The notes under the pieces are model-generated. The model ran no database searches. It worked only from the letters and a program-made list of their open reading frames with translations, and was not told the origin of the DNA. Shown piece by piece: positions 39,029 to 49,657 of a stretch of 64,000 nt of DNA; positions within the stretch are counted from its first letter, which is position 1, and every line of letters begins with the position of its first letter. The DNA is taken from contig JAKLJI010000009.1 in the NCBI GenBank assembly GCA_023151275.1, positions 20,287 through 84,286 of the forward strand. Direction: 5' to 3'. A program made the translations under genes and the position numbers. This DNA is from Bacteroidia bacterium (GTDB taxonomy: Bacteria > Bacteroidota > Bacteroidia > UKL13-3).

Positions 39029-41488
39029 ATGGAAGAGGCCTTGGCCACATTTGCTGAAGTTATAATACCGTTTAGTCTTCCACGGACTTACACCTATCGC
39101 ATTCCTCGCGAGCAAGAGCAGGCCGTTGCACCGGGCATGCGGGTTTCGGTTCAATTTGGCAGTAGAAAAGTGGTAGCCGGAATTATCCAAAGCCTTCACC
39201 ATACCCCTCCGGCAGGTTATCAAGCCAAATACATTTTATCCTTGATTGACGAAGCGCCACTTGTCACACAAGTCCAACTAAAATTTTGGGAATGGATTTC
39301 GGCCTACTACATGTCGGCTATTGGAGAAGTAATGAATGCTTCACTTCCTGCGGCACTTAAATTGGAAAGTGAAACTAAAATTTGCCTGAACCCCGATTTT
39401 GACATTGAAGGAACCGAGTTGGATGATCGAGAATACTTGATTATTGAAGCCTTACAAATCAAACATGAACTAAGCATTGGAGATATTTCTGAAATCCTTC
39501 AACTCAAAAACACACTAGGTATTTTAAAAAGTTTGGTGGTGAAGGAAGCCATTGTGATGCAGGAAAACCTGGAGGAGAAATACAAACAAAAAACACAAAC
39601 CTGCATTCGCTTAAATCCGATTTATGAAGATGAACAGGCCATGCATAGCCTCTTCGACAGCCTTGAAAAACACGAAAAAAGGCTGGCCGTTGTGATGGCA
39701 ATCATTAGCCTGAAGAACCAAAATACGCCCATTAGTAAAAAACAGGTATTGGCCAAAAGTGGCGCCAGTGATGCCGTTCTAAAAACGCTAGAAAAGAAAG
39801 GTATCATTGAAATTTACCAGGTTCAGGTGGATCGCTTGGCCATGGACCAACTTCCTACTGACCAGTTTGAATTAAACCCAGACCAGGAGGATGCACTTGG
39901 TCAAATCCATGCGCATTGGGAAAGTCTGGATACCGTCCTACTGAAAGGCGTTACCTCAAGTGGTAAAACCCATGTGTATGTAAAACTTATTGAGGAGCAA
40001 TTGAAAAAAGGCAAACAAGTATTGTTCCTCTTGCCTGAAATTGCCCTTACCTCTCAAATGGTGCAACGCATTCGCAAGTATTTTGGAAGCAGTTGCCAGG
40101 CCTTCCACAGCCGATTTAGTGACCAGGAGCGGGTTGAAATCTGGAACAAGGTATTGGATGGACGAATCCAATTGATTATTGGGGCCCGCTCAGCATTGTT
40201 TCTACCCTATCGGGATTTGGGTTTGGTAATTGTGGATGAAGAGCACGAAACCTCCTACAAACAGCAAGATCCTTCTCCCCGCTACAATGCCAGAGAATGT
40301 GCGCTTTATCTTGCCAAACTTCACCATGCCAAAAGCCTGTTGGGTTCGGCAACGCCAAGTTTTGAATCCTATTCCAATGCCCTTGCCGGGCGATTTGGAT
40401 TGGTGCGGATGGAGAAACGATTTGGCGATTTACCTCAACCCGAGTTACTCATTGCAGATTTGGCAGAAGAAAATAGAACCAAGCAATTGGTTGGGAATTA
40501 TTTCAGCTCGGTTTTGCATCAGGGAATTCAGGCTTGTTTGGATGCAGGCGAACAGGTGATATTATTTCAAAACCGCAGAGGATATGCGCCCGTAATTGAA
40601 TGTGAATCATGCAGATGGGTTCCCAAATGCGAGAATTGTGATATCAGCCTTACTTACCACAAATACAACGATTCACTCAAATGCCATTACTGTGGTTATC
40701 AGCAAAAACTACCCGAGACATGCCACGCCTGCGGATCAACTTTCTTAAACCTAAAAGGATTTGGCACCGAAAAGATTGAAGATGAACTTTCGCTTTTATT
40801 TCCTCAAGCACGAATTTTACGGCTTGATTTAGACAGTGCACGCTCCAAAAATGGCCATGAGCAAATTCTGAATGAATTCGGGGAAGGAAAAGCGGATATC
40901 CTGGTTGGTACACAAATGATTGGCAAGGGACTTGACTTCGAGAAAGTAAGTTTAGTTGGAATAATCAATGCAGATCAACTCCTGTATTTTCCGGATTTCA
41001 GAGCACATGAACGAAGTTACCAATTGATTTCTCAGGTGGCAGGACGAGCGGGAAGAAAGCATAAACAAGGTCGGGTAATTATTCAAACCAATAGTCCAAA
41101 CCACCCTGTGATCAAGCATATTCTCGACCAAAGCTATGAAGCCTTGTATGAATCGGAATGCCTGGAACGTGAAAATTTTCACTATCCACCCTATTTCCGA
41201 ATTATTCGCATAAGTGTAAGACACAAGGATGTGCGTATGGCACAGGAAGCCGCTTGGAGACTAAGAAGCAGACTTGAAAAAACCTTTGGAGAAAACATTT
41301 TGGGACCTGAAAGTCCGCATGTAAGTAAGATTAGAAACTACTATATCCGCGAGTTGATTGTAAAAATTCATCGCAACAATGCCTCTTTGCAACAGTATAA
41401 AAACTTCATTCGCCAGCAAATGCAACAGGTAATGGAGCATCCTGATTTTAAACGCGTAATTTTTGCTGTGGACGTTGATCCTGCTTAA
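39029..41488 (+). CDS. priA: Primosomal protein N-prime (replication restart helicase)
   Basis: Walker A GVTSSGKT, DEEHE box and the Cys-rich Zn-binding insert CESCRWVPKCENCD...CHYCG...C..CG are present. Confidence 0.95.
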   Translation: MEEALATFAEVIIPFSLPRTYTYRIPREQEQAVAPGMRVSVQFGSRKVVAGIIQSLHHTPPAGYQAKYILSLIDEAPLVTQVQLKFWEWISAYYMSAIGEVMNASLPAALKLESETKICLNPDFDIEGTELDDREYLIIEALQIKHELSIGDISEILQLKNTLGILKSLVVKEAIVMQENLEEKYKQKTQTCIRLNPIYEDEQAMHSLFDSLEKHEKRLAVVMAIISLKNQNTPISKKQVLAKSGASDAVLKTLEKKGIIEIYQVQVDRLAMDQLPTDQFELNPDQEDALGQIHAHWESLDTVLLKGVTSSGKTHVYVKLIEEQLKKGKQVLFLLPEIALTSQMVQRIRKYFGSSCQAFHSRFSDQERVEIWNKVLDGRIQLIIGARSALFLPYRDLGLVIVDEEHETSYKQQDPSPRYNARECALYLAKLHHAKSLLGSATPSFESYSNALAGRFGLVRMEKRFGDLPQPELLIADLAEENRTKQLVGNYFSSVLHQGIQACLDAGEQVILFQNRRGYAPVIECESCRWVPKCENCDISLTYHKYNDSLKCHYCGYQQKLPETCHACGSTFLNLKGFGTEKIEDELSLLFPQARILRLDLDSARSKNGHEQILNEFGEGKADILVGTQMIGKGLDFEKVSLVGIINADQLLYFPDFRAHERSYQLISQVAGRAGRKHKQGRVIIQTNSPNHPVIKHILDQSYEALYESECLERENFHYPPYFRIIRISVRHKDVRMAQEAAWRLRSRLEKTFGENILGPESPHVSKIRNYYIRELIVKIHRNNASLQQYKNFIRQQMQQVMEHPDFKRVIFAVDVDPA

Positions 41489-41570
41489 AAGTATTTGGAT
41501 AAAAAATGCTTTTCGCCAAGCATAGAAAAATCAACCAAAATCAATCGATGCAAGGCCCCAAAAAGCCCTA

Positions 41571-42635
41571 CTAAAAGCCTGGCGCCACTTTCGATTTATT
41601 AAAAACCGGACAAATCATTCTACCTCCGGAACCTTTTCCATTCAAGAAACTTCCTCCCGGACAATGGGCTTCCTTGCTTCGAAAAATCAAACCTATTTCA
41701 AAGGTATTTCCGGCATTGGTAAAGCTGCTATTTCCCAAAGAAGCTTCATAACTCAGGTAAAAATTCAACTGCTCACTGTGGTTGTATTGAATGGCAAATG
41801 TTGGAGAAACCAATTGAGCTTGAGGATGGAAGGAAGAACGAAGTCCAATACCCATACCCAACTCATCCATAAAAAAATAGTTAACCCGCATCATGCCATG
41901 GTTGGAAGCAAGCTGCCTATCGTACCGTCCGCTAAATTCCCAACTTTGCGCAATAGTTGCCGGATTTTTCCTTTTGATAAAGCTAAAATGCGCGGTGTAC
42001 CTTCGGGGAAGTATATAATTGCTTAAAATGCCAATATCCGAGTTATTGGTAATGTGATGAACAGCAAAACCCAAATTGAATGCACTCTTCGAACCATTTT
42101 TCCCATAAGCAAATCGGGTCAAATCAAAGCCGGCAGAAATATCCGGACTTAAGGATGAATTGATACGAGTTCCATCCATGGCACTGGGGTAAATGCTCCC
42201 AAAAATGGGATGAATCTGATCTGAAAAAACAAATTCATTCCAATCAATTGTTTGTTGAACAACACCAAATTGAAATCCGGCATTGGCTGTCCATTCACGG
42301 TTCAGAATTCGGCGAATTCCAAGTTGCAAGGCCGCATGATTGGTTTGAAAAAAGTTGTTGCCCTGTGTTTCATTTCCAGCAAGCATTCCCAATGCAAATA
42401 CGGAATTACACAAGCTGTAATCTGCCGCAAAAGAACTGTGATAACTTGGACCATGCAAAGGCTGAAACAAATTTCGGTGCATCAAACTGCTTCTGATTAT
42501 TCCGGAACCATCTCTACCAATCAAAGCAGGATTTAGATAGGCCTTGTGGGCATAACTATTGGTGTACAGAACATCCTGCGCCAAAACAGAAATGCACATC
42601 AACACGAAAAGTATAGCATTTAAAATTCCCTTCAT
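41571..42635 (-). CDS. T9SS membrane protein, PorP/SprF family
   Basis: Signal peptide followed by Y..NPALIG, which is typical of PorP/SprF. It is beta-rich and about 350 aa. The start overlaps the stop of the upstream adhesin (ATGA). Confidence 0.8.
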   Translation of the reverse strand: MKGILNAILFVLMCISVLAQDVLYTNSYAHKAYLNPALIGRDGSGIIRSSLMHRNLFQPLHGPSYHSSFAADYSLCNSVFALGMLAGNETQGNNFFQTNHAALQLGIRRILNREWTANAGFQFGVVQQTIDWNEFVFSDQIHPIFGSIYPSAMDGTRINSSLSPDISAGFDLTRFAYGKNGSKSAFNLGFAVHHITNNSDIGILSNYILPRRYTAHFSFIKRKNPATIAQSWEFSGRYDRQLASNHGMMRVNYFFMDELGMGIGLRSSFHPQAQLVSPTFAIQYNHSEQLNFYLSYEASLGNSSFTNAGNTFEIGLIFRSKEAHCPGGSFLNGKGSGGRMICPVFNKSKVAPGF

Positions 42636-45600
42636 CGTATCAATGTTAATGTGCCACGTTTGGATAAATTTTTGCCCTTATCGCCTTGTCCCAGCCACTG
42701 TTTTCCACTTGTGAATTCCGCCTCAATCATCCAAATATACGTTCCCTGAACGGCATCCTTACCATTCAAATCAACCCCATTCCAACCCTTGGCAGGAGTT
42801 CCATTTTCCAACTCCTGACTTTCCCAAACCAACTCTCCCCACTTGTTGTAAATCCAAATATGGTAATTCTTCAATTCCATGCCTGCTGGTTTAAATTCGC
42901 GCACAGCTTCAGTTCCATAAGAAGGTGCAAAGGCATTGGGAACATATAACCCTTCCCAATACGGAGGCAAGCAAACGGTGTCTGTGGCAAAAGTATCGCA
43001 GTTGTTCGGACTAATAACTTTCAACTCTACCGGAAAACAACCGCTATCTGCTTCAGCGTATCTAAACAACAATTCTTTTCCTAATCCGGTTGCTCCATTT
43101 CCAAAACGCCATTCATACCTAAAATCGTTATTGGCCAATACCTTGAATTGTACTTCACGGAAAGGTTGCTTGGTGATTTGCAATTCGTGACTAAAGGTGA
43201 TTGACTTCTTTTCATCAATTTTTATGGGTTTGAAAAACGTAAAACTATCCCGGCAAACCACACCTGATTTTACTACCAAACTCACATAATAAACTCCGCT
43301 TTGGGTATAGGTATGACTTGGTTCTCGTTGAGTTGATGTATCACCATCTCCAAAATACCAGAAAAACTCCTTGCCTCCGATACTGGTGTTTTTGAATTTA
43401 ATCTCATACGGTAAGCAGCCGCTCGAATCACTAAATTCGAATGAAGCAAAAGGCTGCTCCATAATCTCGAAGGTTTTGCTGAAGGTATCTCGGCATCCAA
43501 ATGCGTTCACAACACGCAACTGAACCGGATACTTTCCTATTCCCTGATAAAATTTCCTGTAAGTGGCGGCAGTGCTAGTTTCTCCATTACCAAAATCCCA
43601 CAAATAGGCATCGGCATTGCTTCCGGTAAAGGCAAAATCAACCCAAACAGGACCATAACAAGTGTCTTCCGGGCTCATGCTAAAGGATGCCATAGGTTGA
43701 GGCCACACCCTAAACTGAAGAGATGCAGAGTCTTTGCAACCAAAAGGTGTTTCAGCCCATGATTGAATGGTATAAACTCCAGGTTTAGTAAAAGCATAAC
43801 CATTGATTTGATTTCCTGTGTAGGTGCTTCCATCGCCCAAATCCCAGCGAATAACCGGCGAACCTTTGGCTTCAGCCCTGAAATTGGCCAACTGACCGAG
43901 ACAAATTGAATTGGTATCGGTAAATATTCTTAAATGAGGCAGTGAATCAACCTCGAGCGTATCCAAAATCTCGTTGCTGCAACCACTAAAAAATGCACTT
44001 AGCCGAACTAATATGGGCATTCGCCCTGCTCTGGTGTATTTGTGCAAAGGATTGAACAAACTGGATGAATCTCCATCGCCAAAAAACCACTTTATGCTTC
44101 CCGTATCAATAAGGTTGCTGGTAAATTGCAAGGACGTTCCTTCGCATTGATTTGAACTTGGCAATTGAATACTGAACAAAGGTTTTGGGTCAACGCGAAT
44201 AAACGTAACCGCAGTATCAAAATAACATTGGTTACTGATGTATTGCACAACCTTAAACAAACCCGGATTGGAGAAGGTATGCACAGGATTGCGCTGATTG
44301 GAGGTTCCGCCGTCCCCAAAATCCCAACTCACATAGTCAGCTCCCCGACTTTTATCTCCAAAATTCACAGTTAAACTCTGGCATCCCAATCTGGAACTTA
44401 CATTAAAGTCAGCTTTCAATAAATTTGGAGTTACCGTAAGCGTTCGCTGCACACTGTCAGAACCGCACATATTTGTAACCCTTAACTTAAGTAAATACCG
44501 GCTAATTGAATCCGATGTGAAATAGCTAATGGGTTGGCCGTTTGGCTCAACCAAATTGCTGGTGCGCCCTTTGTCTAAATCCCAGAAATACTGCTCAACA
44601 GATCCTTGAGAAATATTAGTCAAATACAATTCAGCAGGTGAACAAGCAGAATCCATATTCATGGTAAAACTTGCTTTTGGCTTGTCCTTTACTCGAACCA
44701 AATTGATTTTTTGTAAGGTATCACGACAACCAGAAATTGATTGAACAATCAACCTTACAGAATAACTGGTATCTTGGTTCAGCAGTCCAGCATAAGTATT
44801 TCCAACCGTATCACTTGCAACCAAAGCTTGATTTCCATCTCCAAAATTCCAGAAAAATGTTCCCGGCTTTCGGAAAACGGATTGCTCTCTAAAAACAAAC
44901 CGGGCTGGGCGACACAAACTATCTGATAAACTCACAAAATCAATCGTGGGAGTTGGCAAAGAGCGTATTTCTTTTACAAGGGTATCGAAGCAGCCTTCCG
45001 CATTTTGCGCAATTAATTGAATCTGATAGACACTGTCTAGTAATCCACTGTGAACTGGCAGTTGGATTTGCGGCACAATAGCCAATGAATTATCGAATCC
45101 AACAAATGGGTCATCAGAACTCCAGGAATAGCCTAAAGCAAACTGACTGTTGTTTTGAACGGCCAATTTTGTGCCGGAACAGGCGCTATCAGACAAAAAA
45201 CCAAAGCTTACCAATGGTCGTCCGGGTTGACGAAGGGTTTTGCTAATGCTATCCACACAACCAAAAGTAGAGGTAGCAATCAGGCGAACTTCATGTACCA
45301 AACTTTGATTGCTTTTAAAATCATTCAAGGAAAGGGAGGTTTGAAAACTCGCGGTATCGTTTTGAATAAAGCCTGCATTTCCAACCAACATCCATTTATT
45401 GCCATCAGGCTTCATGGCAGGCAAAGGAAGTCCGCCAGCAAACAGCAATGCTGATTCTCCATAACACAGAACAGAATCACTAATTGCAAAATCAGGCTTA
45501 GGCAATGGTTTGATTACTACATTTTTTTGGATTGAATCCGAGCAGCCCGTACCTATCAACGTAATCTTCAATTGTACCAAAACACTGGTGTCCGTAGTCC

Positions 45601-48600
45601 CGGTATTCACAAATGTTTTTATTGGGCTGATCAGGTTTGATGTATCCCAAACATTGCCAAATGTCCATTTAAAATCAACTCCACTACTTGGGAAAGAACT
45701 ATTTAAAAACCTCACCTGCTGACCTGCACAAGCAACTGAATCCGGACTAGTGAATAGTGGGATTGGATTTGGTATTGTTTGATACCAGTAGCTTTGTGTA
45801 TCCGATTTGCAGTTGCTTGGGCTAAAGGCAATCAAGCTGATTTTGAAACTGTCGTTGGCATTCGGAAAAGTATAACCTGAGAAGCTTAATCCGCTTGAAT
45901 AGTTTACCCCATTCAATTGCCACAAATAACTTGCATTGGCTTGTGGATACCCTACTGCCACCAAGGCAGAGTTGCTGATAACAAAGGGGGCACAGGAAAT
46001 CTGCATTCCGGGACTAAACTCCGCTCGTGCATCCGGTTTAATCTTGATGCTTTTGAAAACCGTATCGCTACACCCAAATGATGAAGTAGCTATCAGCTGG
46101 ATAGCATACATACTATCAACTACACCCGAATTGGTAAACACTCGAAAAGGATTAATCGTGGTATCAGGAGTACTTTCATGACTAAAAGTCCAACGAAACT
46201 TCAGGCTACTAAAGCTTTCAGCGGTGTTGGTCTGAGAGCTGTTTGAAAAATTTATCGTATATGGGCTGCATGAACTATCTGCACCGCCAAGGCTAAAGGC
46301 TGCACTTGGCTTTGGTCTCAAGTTCATCTGGATAGTATCTCTATTGCTGCAATTGTTGGTATCGGTATATTGATAAACTAAACTAACACTTGAACTTCCT
46401 GCTTGCAAAGGATCAAATTGATTGGCATTAACGCCTGGGCCCGACCAATTGCCGCCAAGCGGAGTTCCTCCATTTAGGTTAATTGGCAAATTATTTCCGC
46501 ACAATTCCTGGTCAACACCTGCATTGACAATTGGAAAGGGATTCACCTTGACCAAAACAGTATCGGTTGAAAAGCAGCCTTTAATATCGGTATAGGTGTA
46601 AACAAAAGAATAAGTTCCAACTCCTTGAACAGATGGATTAAAACTATTCAACCCAATAATTCCTGTTCCGGCCCAACTTCCACCTGCAGGATTTCCGGCC
46701 AACTGAAAAAGCCCATCGTTCGTACATTTATTCAAATCAGCCCCCGCATTCACAACCGGGTTGGCAAGAATTACAACGGTATCCGTGTTACTTATTGAAG
46801 GTGGACTCGACAAACAGTTACCTGAATATACCAATCTTCTGAAAAGGGTACTTGAAGTGAGCAGGCCTGCAGAATAATCCTTCAAGCTATCATTTCCACC
46901 TGCCGATATCCAATTGGTACCATCCCATTTTTGCCAACGAAACAGGTACAATCCACTTCCACCGGCTGGCGAATTCCCACTAATAACTGGTGCCAATGAT
47001 CCTTGGCAAACCTCGGCAGTAACAGAAATTTCATTATCCTGAACAGCTGGTAAAACTGCTACTTTCAAGGTTATTGAATCTCCAATACAATTGGTTGCAT
47101 CGTGTCTGGTTACCACCCGGAAATAAACCGTATCAATACCAGAGTTAGAGTTTACTGGGGTTAAGGTGATTAGAGAATCCGTGGAAAACCCACGCGAGCT
47201 GTAGCCTATTAAACCAGTTCCTGAAAATGCTCTCCATGCATATGAAACTCCAGAACCTATACTATTGCCCAACAATAGTTGCACATTGGAGCCTGAACAA
47301 ACAGGCGAACCAGGTGAACTCCCGCTGGCAAAGGGCTTCGGCAAAATTGTAATTCGTTGGGTATCGGCTTTTGATTGACCGCAAAAATTATTCAAGGTTA
47401 ATATAATTGAATAGGTTTTGGCCACATTGTCTTTTTCAAAAAACACAACCGGATTCCTACTTGATGCATTGCCTTGAACAAAACTGAATCCTGCCGGAAT
47501 AATTTGCCAGTTAAACGCATTCAATGAACTTCCTGCACTATCAATAATCGGTGTAAAGGCCGAAGCTCCAGAATTAAAGGCAATTGTCTGACTATCACAA
47601 AAAGTTTGCGCCAATGGCATTCCAACAATTGGAGCAGATGGCATGGAAAAAACAGTATCCTTTTGTGAGGCGCCACAGCGATTGCTCACTTGAAGCCGGA
47701 TTCCATACCTACCGGTCTTTTTTATTCTAAGCAAACCTTGCACCGAATCTTGACTGTTTTGTTCAAAACTGAAAACCGTTGTATCGGTTGTCATTGCGAT
47801 ACCATTGCTATCCAATACCGTCCACCGGTAACTTACCGGCCCACACATGGAAACGGTATTTGATGTATTGATAAGACTAATCAAATTAGGAGCACACTTG
47901 CTGGATGGCGAAAACCCGAGTTGAAAACTTGCAGCAGGAGGCCCTTGCACACAAACATTTCTGGTGATTGAATCAACCCCGCAAGGATTGCTGGATGCCA
48001 ACTTTACCGGAAACAAACCAGGATTTGCGTAGGTGAGTGAAGGAGGAATACTCTGAGTGCTACTGCTAATACTTGCCCCGCTAAATGTCCAATTCCACAA
48101 GGTTGCGTTTGTACAACCTATTCCATAAAAACCAGATGTAGTGGTATTGCTTAAAGTAACCGGTACCCCAACACAAAGCGGAGAATCAGGTGGTGGACCA
48201 AAGTTTGATGCAGGCTTTGTCCAAATCCGGAAATTACCAAGTGTTGCGGGAATGCTGTCACATTGATTATGTGCCTTGGCTGTTACAATAAACGACCCGT
48301 TTGTTTTGTTACAAGAATTCGTGGTAAATGTATGCCAAACCGTATCCGACACTGGGTTATCGATGCGCAACAAGGGCGAGCCATCATTAAAATCAAACGT
48401 ATAATAGGTACCTGCAGAATTGGTTTGATAATTTCCCATGATTAGGGGATAAGTAAATGGAGCACAGCCCTGCTTAACAGGTGGTCCACTTAAGCTTAAT
48501 GTGGGTGCGCTTTGATTGCTCACATCAATGGTATCTCGGCTGACACATCCGTTATTATTCGTTACAACTGCAATTAATTTGTAAGCACCAATGGACGTGT

Positions 48601-49426
48601 AAACATGTGAAGCTCGTGTAAAATTACCAGGCAAATTAACCGGAGCTCCTTGTCCCCAGCTGAGTTCAATATTGGCAATGGTAGCCTGCACTTGACATTG
48701 ATTTTCGATGGTAAGGCGATAATTGGGATTGCCGGGAGTTGGATTGGTTTGACAATTGCTAAAAGGTGGATAAGAAAATAAGTTTGAATCGGCGAACTGC
48801 GCCAAGGGACGCTGTCTGATTGGAACGGAAACGAATAGAGTATCAACACAACCTAGTGAATCTGTCACCTGCAAACGTACACCAAACTGAACCGTACCGC
48901 CACCATAAAAAGGATTGAACTGAACTGTTGGATTGGTATCTGTCCGAAAGCTTGGAGCACCTTGCTGATACGTTCGATTAAACAACCATTGATAAAGTAA
49001 TGCGCCTGTTCCGGTGGATGTATTGGTAAAAGCTACATCAGAACCTGAACAAGCAAGTGCCGGACTAAAACTAAATCCTGCCTCGGTTTTTGAGATGCGA
49101 ATGTTTTTTAAGGTATCTGAAATAACCAGGGTGGGTAAACTCCGGACAACCCGAATCCCATACATTCCAGGGACCTGTGGTGCAGAAAAACTTCCTCCCG
49201 GTGCTGATAGTTGAACCTGAAATGAAGGATTGCCAAGTCCGGGGAACGTATCAAACGAAAGCACATAATTTCCGGAACTGCACAAAAAAGTCGGATTTCC
49301 CGAAATGCTTAAGTTCCGAATTAACTGGGCTGAGAGCTGCCCATCCCTTGAAAACAAAGGTAAAAGGCCCAGAAGAATTACGAAAATTTTAAGACGTGAA
49401 ATCACGGGTAAAAAATAGGCAATCAA
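42632..49426 (-). CDS. Giant cell-surface adhesin (SprB-like): many PKD/Ig-like repeats plus a T9SS type-B sorting C-terminal domain
   Basis: 2264-aa ORF. PKD motifs repeat (WDFGDGGTS..NP.HTF...G.Y). The C-terminus YVPNAFAP...IWIYNKWGELVWES...GWNG.DLNGK....GTYIWMI....KRGTLTLIR matches the gliding-motility-associated CTD (TIGR04131-type). The start is a non-ATG codon, TTG at 49426 or GTG at 49405. Confidence 0.85.
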   Translation of the reverse strand: MIAYFLPVISRLKIFVILLGLLPLFSRDGQLSAQLIRNLSISGNPTFLCSSGNYVLSFDTFPGLGNPSFQVQLSAPGGSFSAPQVPGMYGIRVVRSLPTLVISDTLKNIRISKTEAGFSFSPALACSGSDVAFTNTSTGTGALLYQWLFNRTYQQGAPSFRTDTNPTVQFNPFYGGGTVQFGVRLQVTDSLGCVDTLFVSVPIRQRPLAQFADSNLFSYPPFSNCQTNPTPGNPNYRLTIENQCQVQATIANIELSWGQGAPVNLPGNFTRASHVYTSIGAYKLIAVVTNNNGCVSRDTIDVSNQSAPTLSLSGPPVKQGCAPFTYPLIMGNYQTNSAGTYYTFDFNDGSPLLRIDNPVSDTVWHTFTTNSCNKTNGSFIVTAKAHNQCDSIPATLGNFRIWTKPASNFGPPPDSPLCVGVPVTLSNTTTSGFYGIGCTNATLWNWTFSGASISSSTQSIPPSLTYANPGLFPVKLASSNPCGVDSITRNVCVQGPPAASFQLGFSPSSKCAPNLISLINTSNTVSMCGPVSYRWTVLDSNGIAMTTDTTVFSFEQNSQDSVQGLLRIKKTGRYGIRLQVSNRCGASQKDTVFSMPSAPIVGMPLAQTFCDSQTIAFNSGASAFTPIIDSAGSSLNAFNWQIIPAGFSFVQGNASSRNPVVFFEKDNVAKTYSIILTLNNFCGQSKADTQRITILPKPFASGSSPGSPVCSGSNVQLLLGNSIGSGVSYAWRAFSGTGLIGYSSRGFSTDSLITLTPVNSNSGIDTVYFRVVTRHDATNCIGDSITLKVAVLPAVQDNEISVTAEVCQGSLAPVISGNSPAGGSGLYLFRWQKWDGTNWISAGGNDSLKDYSAGLLTSSTLFRRLVYSGNCLSSPPSISNTDTVVILANPVVNAGADLNKCTNDGLFQLAGNPAGGSWAGTGIIGLNSFNPSVQGVGTYSFVYTYTDIKGCFSTDTVLVKVNPFPIVNAGVDQELCGNNLPINLNGGTPLGGNWSGPGVNANQFDPLQAGSSSVSLVYQYTDTNNCSNRDTIQMNLRPKPSAAFSLGGADSSCSPYTINFSNSSQTNTAESFSSLKFRWTFSHESTPDTTINPFRVFTNSGVVDSMYAIQLIATSSFGCSDTVFKSIKIKPDARAEFSPGMQISCAPFVISNSALVAVGYPQANASYLWQLNGVNYSSGLSFSGYTFPNANDSFKISLIAFSPSNCKSDTQSYWYQTIPNPIPLFTSPDSVACAGQQVRFLNSSFPSSGVDFKWTFGNVWDTSNLISPIKTFVNTGTTDTSVLVQLKITLIGTGCSDSIQKNVVIKPLPKPDFAISDSVLCYGESALLFAGGLPLPAMKPDGNKWMLVGNAGFIQNDTASFQTSLSLNDFKSNQSLVHEVRLIATSTFGCVDSISKTLRQPGRPLVSFGFLSDSACSGTKLAVQNNSQFALGYSWSSDDPFVGFDNSLAIVPQIQLPVHSGLLDSVYQIQLIAQNAEGCFDTLVKEIRSLPTPTIDFVSLSDSLCRPARFVFREQSVFRKPGTFFWNFGDGNQALVASDTVGNTYAGLLNQDTSYSVRLIVQSISGCRDTLQKINLVRVKDKPKASFTMNMDSACSPAELYLTNISQGSVEQYFWDLDKGRTSNLVEPNGQPISYFTSDSISRYLLKLRVTNMCGSDSVQRTLTVTPNLLKADFNVSSRLGCQSLTVNFGDKSRGADYVSWDFGDGGTSNQRNPVHTFSNPGLFKVVQYISNQCYFDTAVTFIRVDPKPLFSIQLPSSNQCEGTSLQFTSNLIDTGSIKWFFGDGDSSSLFNPLHKYTRAGRMPILVRLSAFFSGCSNEILDTLEVDSLPHLRIFTDTNSICLGQLANFRAEAKGSPVIRWDLGDGSTYTGNQINGYAFTKPGVYTIQSWAETPFGCKDSASLQFRVWPQPMASFSMSPEDTCYGPVWVDFAFTGSNADAYLWDFGNGETSTAATYRKFYQGIGKYPVQLRVVNAFGCRDTFSKTFEIMEQPFASFEFSDSSGCLPYEIKFKNTSIGGKEFFWYFGDGDTSTQREPSHTYTQSGVYYVSLVVKSGVVCRDSFTFFKPIKIDEKKSITFSHELQITKQPFREVQFKVLANNDFRYEWRFGNGATGLGKELLFRYAEADSGCFPVELKVISPNNCDTFATDTVCLPPYWEGLYVPNAFAPSYGTEAVREFKPAGMELKNYHIWIYNKWGELVWESQELENGTPAKGWNGVDLNGKDAVQGTYIWMIEAEFTSGKQWLGQGDKGKNLSKRGTLTLIR

Positions 49427-49657
49427 AGGGATTTTTCACCAAAACAAATTGAAAAATAGACCATTAATCAAAATTTACGGCAAGCCTTATAGATTTTTGG
49501 GAATCCCCAAAATAGCCCTTGGAATCGTCTTCAACAGGAAAAATTCATAAAAATAACGCTCTTCCAGGCGTCAAAATCCTTCCAAATAAGCTTCCCAAAA
49601 GGGCAACTGAATGTTTTGATAGATTAAATTCAACCTTACACCCAAGGAGAGGTCTGT

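Noticed and set aside
42686-49392. Many 60-100-aa ORFs on both strands inside the adhesin gene
   Set aside because: All are nested in the continuous 2264-codon frame, which carries repeated PKD motifs and a T9SS CTD.
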